From: the human T2T-CHM13v2.0 reference genome, Homo sapiens | DNA length: 64,000 bases | Reading direction: 5' to 3' (one strand) | NCBI RefSeq assembly: GCF_009914755.1 | Contig: NC_060927.1 | Part shown: positions 1 through 14,410 of the stretch, piece after piece | Layout: the number at the start of each line of letters is the position of its first letter | Numbering within the stretch: position 1 is the stretch's first letter | Notes under the pieces: model-generated | Told to the model about the DNA's origin: nothing | The model's database searches: none | The model's input: only the letters and a program-made list of their open reading frames with translations | Translations under genes and position numbers: made by a program

Positions 1-699
1 CTCAGCTGTCCACAGAAGCAGAAGCAGTAATTTATCCAACATTATTTCATCTCTTGGGTAATACTAAAATAATTCAAGGAGATGTATGAATAATTGAAGC
101 TAAGACCATCTGTAAAAAATGCCATTATGGCTCTTTACCAATTGACACTCATTTAAAACCTTGATTTAAAAAGTAGCATTTTCCATCATTTTAACTTTAG
201 GAAGATTTAAATGATTTATTAATCAAGTGCTGTTTCACTGGACTAAAGTAGGATCACAAGCCCTATTCAAACCTGTCTTTCCTTTCCACATATCAAATTC
301 TTGCCTTCCAGAGAAGCTACTAAAATGCCCGAATTAAGAAAGGTCGGTCTACAGCAGTGGGATTGCATCTCCCTCCCCAGAACACTGTAAAATTAGAAAA
401 TTAAGCCTGTCACTTTAAGATACATGAGTCCCATTTCAAGAATTTCTAGCATCAAACCAAGCAAGAATATCATTGGGAGGTGAATTTATATAACACAAGG
501 ATTCTAGGAGAAGCCATCATTTCCGTGGCAGGAATCAGAATGCTCAAACAACATGAGGCAAGAATGAGGCCATCCCGCATCCCCAAATTATCTACCTGTA
601 AGTCACAGCTTGCTTAGAGTACTAGAGCAGGTTTCCCAGATTGCTTTGGTGGGCTCTTAATTACCGAAGGTCCACCACTAAACCTGTCTCTGGTCAGAT

Positions 700-897
700 T
701 CGGTTAGGAAACCCCACATCCCACACTGCCCCTCGCTGCTCCATGCTTCAGTTTTCTTATATATCAAATGAGAATAAACAGCCATGCCTACCTCATAAGA
801 CTGTTGTGGGAATTTACGAGTTAATCCATGTAAAGTACTCACAGTCATGCCTGGCACATAGTTAAGTGCTAAATAAAAGGTAATTGTTATTATTATT
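700..897 (+). mobile_element. MIR SINE
   Basis: Matches MIR core and 3' end: cttcagttttcttatatatcaaatgagaata...cctggcacatagttaagtgctaaataaa. Confidence 0.8.
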
Positions 898-1697
898 TTC
901 TTTTGTAGAGCATTTGATGAATTTCTGTCCATAAAAACCCTCTGAGAGAAGTCATGAAAACAAATAAGTCTGTTGAGCTTTACATATGCCGGTCTTAGCC
1001 AAATTTGTCTGACCACAAGATCCTTTGATCTCCCCATAAAACATTTTCTATCACTGGGGGAGCTCAAGTCCTGTAGAGCTCACCATGGGATACACTGCTC
1101 CATGACGACTGTGTCTCTGCCTCGTCTACTTCCATTGCTCATCCAGGAATTGAGAAGACTTTATCATTTAAGCCATGAGATGGCTGAGGAAGAAAAAACC
1201 AGATGCCTGTTTAAGTCACCTTTAGATTTCCACTTCTTCTTCCACTGAATTGTCCTTGAAATTTCCTTTGGAAATAAATTCCAAGGTAATAAAAGGCCTC
1301 AGTGCAGGTAGTGTTTTTTTTTGTTTTGTTTTTTTGTTTTTGTATTACTTATACACAAAAAGCTGGCTGAAAGGCCAAACAGAATGACAATAAAGGGCAC
1401 CTTGCCCAGATTTGATGTAAAAAGGCCCACCTTGACCCAACAAGGACAACTGCAAACAACCCAAGGCCAGTGACCACATAATTCCCTGATGCAGAGTTAA
1501 GAGAAAAACAACAGGAACTTTGTTCACTATAGTCACACAATACTGGTTATTCCTCTTTCTATTTCTATAACCTAGAACACTAAATACTCCTTTAACAATT
1601 AGAACGTTTGTTAGATTGATAAAAATAAAGAACCCCAACCTCTCAAAAAAATAATAATAGCTCTCTCATATAACCTTAACCATCCTTAATGGACTAA

Positions 1698-1985
1698 CTT
1701 TTTTTTAGACAGGATCTCCCTCTGTTGCCCAGGCTGAAGTGCAATGGGGCAATGTTGGCTCACTGCAATCTCCACCTCCTGGGCTCAAGCCATCCTCTCA
1801 CCTCAGCCTCCTGAGTAGCTAGGACTACAGTCACGAGCCACCACACTCTGCCAATTTTTGTATTTTTTGTAGAGACAGTTTCACCATATTGCCCAGGCTG
1901 GTCTTGAACTCCTAGGTTAAAGCGATCCACCTGCCTCAGCCTCCCAAAGTGCTAGGATTACAGGCGTGAGCCACTGCACCTGGCC
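1698..1985 (-). mobile_element. Alu (AluJ-like)
   Basis: Poly-T, then a full reverse Alu dimer ending cctggcc; J-type ctcctgggctcaagc. Confidence 0.92.
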
Positions 1986-1990
1986 ATATG

Positions 1991-2135
1991 TACTCATATA
2001 ATCCTCACAACTACCCTTTGAGGTAAATGCTTTTATCTCCATTTTGCAGATAAGTAAACTGAGGTGGCAAGTACTAAGTACCTTACTCAAGATCACACAA
2101 CTAGTAAAAGAAAAATTCAAATCAAAATCATTTCT
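1991..2135 (-). mobile_element. MIR fragment
   Basis: aatcctcacaactaccctttgaggta...ccattttgcagataagtaaactgagg. Confidence 0.75.
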
Positions 2136-2331
2136 GTTATTTAGTATTTCTTTAAATGAAGTCATTTTTTAACTTCAATAGATTTAACCTGAAAGGAAAT
2201 TTTATTACATTATTGTGTGTTATCACCTACACTAAATAGAAGGTAGTCTGAAAAATAAATACAATGTAAATAAAAGAATGTTATTGTTACCTAAAAACTG
2301 TCATCTGCAGAAGATCCAAGACTGAAGTCTT

Positions 2332-2335
<4 letters not shown>

Positions 2336-2391
<56 letters not shown>

Positions 2392-2400
2392 TTTCCCTCC
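2336..2400 (+). repeat. (TC)n microsatellite
   Basis: About 25 uninterrupted TC units, then a C/T-rich tail. Confidence 0.97.
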
Positions 2401-2413
2401 CTACACCTCCCTC

Positions 2414-3309
<896 letters not shown>

Positions 3310-4199
3310 ACTCTGCCTTTTCATCTCCTGAAAAGGTAGATTTGCTAGTGCAAGAAGATATTAAAGACTCACAGGCACCAAACTAACATTTTCTCCACCA
3401 CATAATCACGCCCACTGAATGTGACCTGCAAAGGGTCTGTCTCATTGCAGGATCCAAAGCCATTTAATGCCACAAGTGTGAACTGCTCCCAATGCCCTCA
3501 CCCATCACAGGTGGTCCCACACTGGAAAACATTGCTTCAAGCAGCATTAACAACTAAGGATGTCACAAATGCAGATTTATTTGCCAAGAAATCAGGGTGC
3601 TTCTGTAGGTTTTTTACATAATGAGAAATCACAGCTATCAATGTAAAGTACTGCTTTTAGGTTCAATCAATCATTGGTAAAATGATACAATGAGGAAAAC
3701 CTGGCTTGGCTGGCAGTTCCTGTGGAAAGGGACTGTGGTTTGGGCTGACCACAAGATCAACATCAGCCAAGAGTATGACAGGGTTCTGAGGTGAGAGAAG
3801 GGACTCTTAGGCTCATTCCTAACCTGTCAGGGATTGAATCAAGGGAAGGGAGATCCTGTCCTCACAGTGAGCCAAGCAGACCACACCTGGCGCTCAGGAA
3901 AATCAACTACTTAACACAGCATGTCCTTTTCAGAAAAAGCAATCAAGAATGATGAGTATCTGAAAATTAAGCCACTTGAGGAATATGATCACCCTACTTA
4001 AAATTGCAACCGAAGTCCCTTCAGTATACATAATCCCCCTCACTCTGTTCTTTTTTTTCTTAGAATTTTCACCTCCTAATATGCAACACGAGTTACTTTT
4101 ACATGAATTTATTTTCGGCCCCACTCCATGAAGACAAGGATTTTTTTACAGCAGTGTTCACTGATGCACCCCTGGTGTGTAGAGCAATGACTGATACTT

Positions 4200-4372
4200 A
4201 TTAACACCAGACAGCCAACTGTGTGCAACTCCTCCCAATACTAGGTTCACTGAGTTTACAGTGGTCACTTAATACTGGCCGTGGAGGGAGCATTTATACA
4301 AAGGAAATTGGCAAACACTACAATCAGTGCTCCCTGCCCAGAGCTGGTTCTTAACCATTAACTAGCACTGAT
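4200..4372. mobile_element. hAT DNA transposon fossil (MER63-like)
   Basis: ggaaattggcaaacactacaatcag...gagctggttcttaaccattaactagcac resembles a MER63 terminus. Confidence 0.45.
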
Positions 4373-5021
4373 TGCACTTGCTCTGAGAACTTGAGGCAAC
4401 AAGAATATAAGAATGAACTTAAAGAAAGTTTTTCAGATATTGAACTGGTACCATTGTTTCAACAGAAACTGGATGACCTCATTTGTCAGGAGCACATGAG
4501 ATGAAATCAATGTATTGCTTTTCCGCTGGCCTCAACTGCTCTATGAGGGCAGGAATCTCAACTACATCTCTCAACATTGTCACGGTGGCAAGCAAGTAAC
4601 TTTGAGTTAGTTGCTGTATTCCATTGTTTCCTTTCAGCCGAAAGACTAAAATTCTATAGTACATGTCAAACTACATTAAGTCTAATTTCCACGGTTCTAA
4701 TCACTAGAGAAAATGGGTCAATGCCTTCTTTTAAATATGAAATGTGTAGTTTCCCTTTTAAAACCTACGTTTTCAAATAAAAATGCAACCACAATGAGAG
4801 CTGTTACATAAGGAAAACCACACCTTGCAGGGTGCCCATTATTTCAGCCTCTAAGCAAAATAATGAAACCTTCTCTGTACTTCAAAAGGACCCCGAAGAT
4901 GACTGAAACAGTTTTAATTAAAAATGCAATTAGCATGAGTTTTCTGAGATACAATGATAATGGGTGGGCAGGACATAAGAGGCTATCATTGATGCTTTCA
5001 GCTTATTTAATGGAAAAAGCA

Positions 5022-5195
5022 GGCCCAGAACCACAGAGACTCACACCTATAATCCACCAGTTTGGGAAGCCGAAGCGGGAGGGATCACTTAAGCCCAGCA
5101 GGTCGAGGCTGCAGTGAGCCATGATCCTGCCGGTGCACCCCAGCCTGAGTGACAAAGGGAGACACTGCCGCAAAAAAAAAGAAAAAAGAAAAAAA
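5022..5195 (+). mobile_element. Alu monomer (FRAM/FAM-like)
   Basis: Single diverged right-arm-type monomer with an A tail. Confidence 0.8.
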
Positions 5196-5288
5196 CCTGT
5201 GACAATGAACCTGTTTGTAGAGCACCCCTGTTTGGGACAACCTATCTATATACCTCATTCATCCTTTCATCCTTTCTCCTCAATCTAA

Positions 5289-5651
<363 letters not shown>

Positions 5652-6053
5652 AAGGAAGATTTTTACGTCAAGAATTCAACAATGCAATCCACATAAGATA
5701 CTAGATAATTCTATCTTGAATAACTTGAGACCCTTTCGGGGCACAAAAGCCATAAAAGTTTAAAACTCCAACAAATGCCCACAAACAAAAGGGCCTCAAA
5801 GAGCAAATCAATCCATGGTAATAATTCAGGGTAAGAAGCTGAGTTACACCAAAGGCCTGTGGAATGGAGAGTGGGCTGGGGAGAAATTCTGGGGTCTAAT
5901 CCATTCTTTGACTTTTACTAAGAGTTATGAAACTTTGGGCAAGTCACTTGAACCAAGTTGCAGTTTCCTTTATCAGCCAAAGAGGAAAATACTTCCCCTG
6001 TGTATCTCACAGCTTTCCTAGAAGGGCAAATCACATTAAAAATTATATTTCTA

Positions 6054-6372
<319 letters not shown>

Positions 6373-6534
6373 CTAAAGGAAAAACCAAGGTCTTTCCATT
6401 GTGTCTCAGTCTTTACTACTAACTTCCCCAAATAAGATGGAGACGTATTTATCAAAATGTCCACTTGTGGCCAGGCACGGTGGCTCACACCTGTGGTTCC
6501 AGCACTTTGGGAGGCAGAGGCAGGCAGATCACTT

Positions 6535-7464
<930 letters not shown>

Positions 7465-8294
7465 GCTTGAACACAGGAGTTCCAGACCAGCCAGGGCAAC
7501 ATGGCGAAGCCCTGTGTCTATAAAAAATACAAAAATTAGCCAGGTGTGGTGGCAGACACTGTAGTCCCTGCTACTTGGGAGGCTGAGGTGGGAGGATCAT
7601 TTGAGCCCAGAAGTCAAGGTTGCAGTGGGCCGAGATTGTGCTACTGCACTCTAGCCCAGGTGACAGAGAAAGACCTTGTCTCAACAACAACAGTAAAAGT
7701 CCACTTGCATTCTTGTGCTCTCTTCAACTTATATTACAGGGTAAAAAAACAGTTCCGCTATTATTCCTCTCTGTGGCATATGAAAACCTGCCATTACATG
7801 TGGATTTGAACCCAATTGTGGGTTCAAATGAAACAGATCATTGGAAACCAATGAAAATCACTACCTATATTTTTTATTGCACTGTGACTAGAGAAGGGTA
7901 AGTGTATACGCCAACTCATAGAAAAGCTTGATGACACCAAACTACCTGCTCTCCATTGTAATACTATCACATTTTTAAATACTTTCCTGAAACTTGGAGT
8001 TACCAAATAGTCCAGAAAATCAGCCACAGAGATAAATCAACAGATTGAAAATCCAAACACATGGAAACAGGGGAAAAAATCGTATCGAGTTTTCTAATGT
8101 TTGTGGACACAAATGCTTACAAATATTTCAAAATACTTCACTAAACTGTTTTATTTGTTAGGACAGAATGCCTTGAACTTGCACTCTTCTGATACGACTT
8201 GTAGATTATTTTCTTGCACATTTTCTCTCCCAACCAACATAAAATAATGCAAACAAGGTCTGTTCGAAGACTATGGATTATGTTCTTTTCAAAT

Positions 8295-8404
8295 TACTTG
8301 AACCTGGGAGGCGGGGGTTGCAGTGAGCTGAGATCACACCACTGCACTCCAGCCTAAGCGACAGAGTGAAACTCAGTTTCACGAAACAAAAATAAAAAAG
8401 AAAG
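8295..8404 (+). mobile_element. 5'-truncated Alu right arm
   Basis: cttgaacctgggaggcgg...cactccagcct plus an A-rich tail. Confidence 0.85.
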
Positions 8405-9219
8405 ATTAGGTAATATGTTTTCTAAAACTGCTCTCTCCCATAGCAGGTAACTTTGAGGTATGTGTCTGCCCCCTAGGTTTCTTCTTTGGAACACAATCCC
8501 CTTCAGCATTCCCACCATCCCGAACATATATATACCATCAACAGAAAAAAGCTCCGGGCAGCCCTAGAGTTCCACCCACCCCAGCAATGGCTGATTGCCT
8601 TAGGCATCGGCACCTAATTGAAGCTCTACCTATGAAATTCTCTCTTTCCAGGAAGCTAAACCACAGAAACTCTCTGTGACTAAAGCCATCATATAATAAG
8701 AGAGCCAAAGGGGCTTCCAAATTCCACCTCGTAGATGGAAAATCAGAGAAAGCCCATCTATAGAAAGAAACATAATCAGAGGAAAGAAGATCCTTCATGA
8801 GGCCCTCTCCATCCTTCCCCTTGGGTTCCATGAGACTTTGCCGTCTCTAGATAATAAATTATCCTTCCTGCTTAGGCTATTACTTGCAACCAAAGCTGAT
8901 TCATAATTATGTTTAAATAAAGTATGATGCTACATTACTCTATACCAGACTACATTTACTTAACAGTCCTATCTTTTCAAAGTTTAAATCTTGATATGAA
9001 AGAGAATACCATCTGCCTCTAGGCAGCACCTAAGACCAAATGCTCCATTGAAAATCAGGCATTCAGGGAAGCTTACAGTTATACTTGTTTCAATAAGTAT
9101 TTTGTTTAAGTGTGTATGGCTGAAAGAACCTGTTCCAGGACTAAACTCAATATTAATCCACTTGAAGACAAAAGCCATATCTTAGCCTTGGAGTCCAGAG
9201 AGAATGCAAAATGGCTGAA

Positions 9220-9696
9220 GTGCAGTGGCCTAAAACAATAAGCATTTATTATCTCACAGAGTTTCTACAAGTAAGGAACAGTTTAGTTCGTGGCTCAGGA
9301 TCTCATGTGGTTGCAATCAAAATATTGGTCAGGGCTGCACTCATCTGAAGGCTTGACTGGGGCTGAGGGATCTGCTTCTGCTTCTAAAATGGTTCACTAA
9401 TATGGCTGCTGATGAGAGACCCTGGTTCCATGCTACGTGGACCTTTCTCATTGGTTGCTTGTCTGTCCTCATACTATAGCAGCTAGCCTTCCCCAGAGTG
9501 ACAGATCCAAGAAAGCAAGGCAGAAGCCACAATTCTGTTACGACCTAGCCTTGGGAACAATACTGTGCCATTTCTACCACATACTGTTGGCTTGAATGTC
9601 AGTCCTACTCAGCTTAGGAGGAGTCCATACAAGGCCATGAATATATGGAGGTGAAAATTATTGGGAGGAGAGGAGGGGTCTTGGAGGCTAGCTACA
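9220..9696 (-). mobile_element. MLT1 (MaLR) LTR
   Basis: aaaacaataagcatttattatctcacag...ctcatctgaaggcttgactgggg...ggaggctagctaca. Confidence 0.75.
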
Positions 9697-9861
9697 ATTG
9701 GCTAGATTAGGATAGATACTCCTTGAAACTCCAAAGTTACACTAAATATAGTATTCGGAGTAAAAGAAGAAAGATATCTTAAATGAGCCTATTTTATTAA
9801 TTGTTTATCATCATATGTATGCACAGCAGCAAATAAATGTATTATAAACATATCCCCATTC

Positions 9862-10192
<331 letters not shown>

Positions 10193-10280
10193 CTAGGTGA
10201 GACACCAAGATGTGCACAAGAATAATTAGAGGGTAATTAGGGTAATGAACTGATTCTTTTTTTTTTAATATATTTTACCA

Positions 10281-10398
10281 TTTTTTTTTTTTTAAGATAG
10301 GGAGAGGATCTTGCTGGGTTGCCCAGGCTGGTCTCAAACTCCTGGCCTCCAGGGATCCTCCTGTCTCAGCCTCCCAAAATGGTAGGATTATAGGCATG
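10281..10398 (-). mobile_element. Alu left monomer (FLAM-like)
   Basis: Reverse left arm with poly-T. Confidence 0.8.
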
Positions 10399-10493
10399 AT
10401 TCTAAATACAACAGAGGTTCAGAAAAAGAAGAAACAATAGGTCGGATAAAGCAGGGGAAAATCTTTCTCTGTTCTTTACAAATAAAGGCTTAC

Positions 10494-10767
10494 CTTCAGG
10501 TGGCATCTTTAACCATCTATTTTATAGACTACAAGTAGGACTTTTTCCAAACATTCATTTGATGTTAGCAAGTGATTTAACAGGACTAATGGTGCAGTAC
10601 ATTTAAGAAAAAGGCTCCCAACCTAATTATAAAACCGAGTCCCTCTTATATTGGGCCATTTAATGGTGCCAGATTGTGGTGCAGTACATTTAAGAAAAAG
10701 GCTCCCAACCTAATTATAAAACCGAGTCCCTCTTATATTGGGCCATTTAATGGTGCCAGATTGTGGG
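10494..10767 (-). other. Candidate non-coding cassette exon containing the tandem duplication
   Basis: Acceptor ctttttcttctcag|C at 10768/10767; donor AAG|GTAAGC at 10494/10493. Confidence 0.35.
10590..10763 (+). repeat. Perfect 2 x 87-bp tandem duplication of unique sequence
   Basis: 10590-10676 is identical to 10677-10763 (tggtgcagtacatttaag...ggtgccagattg), followed by tgg. Confidence 0.97.
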
Positions 10768-10894
10768 CTGAGAAGAAAAAGTTGTTGTTTTTTTTTTTTT
10801 TTAAGGGGAGGTTGTGGTGGGACATTCCAAAGGGGAACATTGAAATCCTCTTGTGAGCAAACATCAATAAGTAATCTGCACCAATTTAATCTGC

Positions 10895-11340
10895 ATTGCA
10901 CAAGTATTTATTTAATCCTATCTATAGTAAGCCACTGTGGTTGGTACAAACACAGTAAAGAACAACACAGATACCAGTCCTGCCTTTATCAGGAAAGACA
11001 AAACAAAAACAAAAAGTAAACATTCCAGTAAAGGAATGATTAGTGCTATTATGACAAGGAAAGCATAGGGAACTATTCGATCAAAGAAGAGAGGTTACAG
11101 TTCCCCAAATCTAGGGTGTTTGGAAAGGAAGAATATCCTTAGTAAATGACATTGAAGCTAAAACCTAAACTATGTATAGCAGTCAGCTAGAAAAAACAGG
11201 CAAGAAAGAATATTTCAGGTGGAGAGAAACACATGTTTTCAGGCCAAAAGCTGGAGAACAAGGTGAGTTTAAAGAACTGAAAGAGGTTTAGTGATTACAA
11301 TGTTGAACAAAAGGGGGCATGTGGAATGAATAAGAAGAAT
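10895..11340 (-). mobile_element. L2 3' fragment (continues about 12115-12200)
   Basis: caagtatttatt..., gacattgaagctaaaacct, ggaaagccatggaagggttttaag. Confidence 0.6.
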
Positions 11341-11345
11341 GGTTT

Positions 11346-12095
11346 TGTAGATTGAATTCTCTGCAGCAAACTCCATCAAGAGGTAGAGGTCAGGCATGGT
11401 GGTTCACTTTGGAAGGCCGAGGTGGGCAGGAGTTCATGATCAGCCTGGGCAAAAAAGTGAGAACCCATCTCTACCAAAAAAAATGTTTTAATTAGCTGAC
11501 TGTGGTGGTATGTGCCTGTGGTCCTAGCTACTCGGGAGGCTGAGATGGAAGGATCGCTTGAGCCCAGGAGGTTGAGGCTGCAGTGAGCCATGAGGCTGCT
11601 ACTGCACTCCAGAGTGGGCAATAGAGCGCAATTCTGTCTCAAAGAAAAAAGAGGTAGAGTCTACTACCTCACCCTTTGAATTTTGGCTGGCCTGGAAGTT
11701 GCTTTGACCAATAGAATGTGGTAAAGGTGACACTGTGTGAGCTCTGAAGAAAGGGCCTCAAGGGGCCTTGCCACTTCCACCTTCCTGCTTTTGAAATGCT
11801 GCCCTGAAACTGCCAAATAAGGAAGCCAGTCTAGCCTACTGGAGGAAAATAAACCATTGTGGAAAAGACACCAAGGTGCCTCAGAGGACAGCCAGTACCA
11901 AGGCCAGAGACATGTGAAGGAAGTCACATCAGAACTTCCAGCTCAACCACCACCCAGGTGAACTCGGCAGATGAGTAAGCCCAGGTGAAACCAGCCTAAG
12001 AACTATCTGGCCAACTCACAAAATGATGAGCAATAACAAATCATTGGTTTTCTTTAAAGCTACTAAGCCTGGGGGCTTTGTTAGGCAGCAGACAG
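11346..12095 (+). mobile_element. MLT1 (MaLR) LTR interrupted by an Alu
   Basis: ttgctttgaccaatagaatgtgg, ggaagccagtctagcctactggagg, ttgttaggcagca. Confidence 0.72.
11389..11650 (+). mobile_element. AluJ with left-arm deletions
   Basis: TSD aagaggtagag; J-type gagcccaggaggttgaggctgcag. Confidence 0.88.
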
Positions 12096-12374
12096 AAAAA
12101 AGCCACAACACACAGGACCAGGTTAAGGACTTCAACTGACCTTCATCCTAAAATCAATGGAAAGCCATGGAAGGGTTTTAAGAACAGACTGACATAATCC
12201 ATTAGTACCACAGACACAGTACCTATGCCAACAAACCTCCCAAGGCCCTAGAAATAACAGGAATATGGTGGGAGGAAGGGAACTGACTGCAAAATACAAA
12301 GAGAAACAGCAGAATCAAAATTCCTAAGCGTAACCCACAGCAAGTCAACTGCAAATCAAAAATTCCTAGGTAGT

Positions 12375-12624
12375 GACCAGGTGTAGTGGCTCACGTCTAT
12401 AATCCCAGCACTTTGGGAGGCTGAGGCATACCGATCACCTGAGGGCAGGAGTTCGAGACCAGCCTGGCCAACATGGCGAAACCCCGTCTCTACTAAAAAT
12501 ACAAAAATTAGCTGGGTGTGGCTGGTACACGCCTGTAATCCCAGCTACTCAGGCAGTGGGCCAAGATCACACCACTGCACTCCAGCCTGGGTGACAGAGA
12601 CTCCCTCTCAAAAAAAAAAAAAAA
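12375..12624 (+). mobile_element. AluS with a right-arm internal deletion
   Basis: ccagctactcagg joined directly to cagtgggccaagatc. Confidence 0.88.
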
Positions 12625-12740
12625 TCTTATGTAGATATATATATATTATATTTCATCAGGAAGGTGGGTACATTTTAATATGTTAGTTATAGAAGAGGGC
12701 AATCTCCAAAGTACCTTACACCTTCAAAGTCTCGTGCGGG

Positions 12741-12914
12741 GTGTGTGTGTATCTGTGTGGTGTGTGTGTAGACAGGGTCTCACTCTGCCATCGAGGCTGG
12801 AGTACAGTAGCACAATCACAGCTCACTGCAATTTCAAACTCCTGGACTCAAGCAATCCTCCCACCTCAGCCTCCTGAGTAGCTGGGGCTACAGGTGTGCG
12901 CCACTGAGCTCAGG
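12741..12914 (-). mobile_element. Alu right monomer (FRAM/AluJ) with a (TG)n-converted tail
   Basis: agacagggtctcactctg...tacaggtgtgcgccac; ttcaaagt on both sides. Confidence 0.8.
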
Positions 12915-12920
12915 TTCAAA

Positions 12921-12921
12921 G

Positions 12922-12953
<32 letters not shown>

Positions 12954-13028
12954 GATGGTGGTGGTGATGGTGATGGTGGTGGTGGTGGTGATGGTGGTGG
13001 TGGTGGTGATGGTGGTGGTGGTGGTTGT
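12921..13028 (+). repeat. (GTT)n(GGT)n compound microsatellite with GAT interruptions
   Basis: Seen directly. Confidence 0.95.
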
Positions 13029-14279
13029 TTTAATCTCTACCTAATTTTCTCCACAGACAGTATCTCCTCCTGATGATTAACAATTTTGTATAGCTTACCA
13101 AGAGCAAACCCTACACCACACCCACTGTCCCAGGAAGAGAATCTCATCAGGGAAATAAACTAGCAATAGACAAGGAGGCCTATGTTCTGAAATCTGAATT
13201 CCAATAGCAAGTTATTACTGTTTGAGATTTTGAAGAGCTGTCAAAAGAATGGCAGCCTGACAAACACCTTGAAAACTCTTGCAGCCTATTTGCAGACCTC
13301 AGCCAGCCCCACCCTGACACTTCTCCCTTGCCCTTTTGCCTCAGATTTCCAACGCTTGCTAGCTTTGTCTGTTTTGAATGGCCGTGCTCAGTGTTCAGCT
13401 ACGGAAATCCTCTCCTTCCCCAGCTGGCTCACCAGGAAATTGTTTAGAAGTCAGGTTTTTCCTGGAGGTGGCCCACAGGCCCACAGAGAAAGAGAGAGGT
13501 TGTGTCAGGGGCTGAGAGCACTCCCCTGGTGAAGCAATTTGTGGATGATGGTCTGACCACAGGCACCGGCAGCCTCTGCGGTGTGAAGCCATCAGGGTGC
13601 ATGTGTGTTTGCTAGGTGGCTTGCTTTGGATAAGCACAAGCACAACTGGCTATGCCTAACCTGCTAAATAGAATTTTTAAGCCACTTCTTTTATTTTGTG
13701 GGTTTTTTGGGGTTTTTTTAGTTACAACTTAATTAACTTCTGACAAGCAGAAGAGCCACTGCAGACAGTAAGGTTTGACACCAAAAAAAGGGAAAGAGAT
13801 AAGTAATGAAACTACACCAAAATTAAGTAAGATTTTGCCTAAGGGACATTGTTCTGTTAGATGATTACTCCAGCCCAAATAAGAATTAATCAGGCTATCA
13901 TTCCGTTTGTTGGAAAATAAAATATGGCATTTATTTTTTTAATGTACTTTTATAAAAAAAGAAAAAGAGACATTATCAGAATCAAGAGAATACGGATCAA
14001 GCAATACTCTATTAGGAAATAAATGGCTGACCAGATAACTTGACCTTAAAAAGTATATTCCATATTATGGGTCAATATGATCACTCTTCCTATCAAATCC
14101 AAGTGCATACAAGGAAGACAGACTTCAAGCTACCAAGAACATTCTTCAATTACCTAAGCTACAAATAAAAATAGAGCTTCCATGAGAAATAAAGAATTAG
14201 GTCAGTGGATAGGAACAGTTTCTTTCCATTTAAGTTAACTAAAATGTTACTTGGGGAAACAATTTTGAAATGTGCTTTA

Positions 14280-14410
14280 ATGTAAATGTTATATTAAATT
14301 AATATGAATATTATAATATATTAACATAATTATACTAAATAAATTAATATAAATATATTAAATGAACTAATATAAATATTATATTAAATATATTAACTTA
14401 ATATAAATAA
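14280..14410. repeat. AT-rich low-complexity tract
   Basis: Almost entirely A/T. Confidence 0.85.

Noticed and set aside
3945-3965. atgatga...ctga resembling snoRNA C/D boxes
   Set aside because: The boxes are only a few nucleotides apart, with no room for a guide sequence or terminal stem.
10590-10763. Tandem repeat as a CRISPR-like array
   Set aside because: Two abutting identical units with no spacers, in a eukaryotic context.
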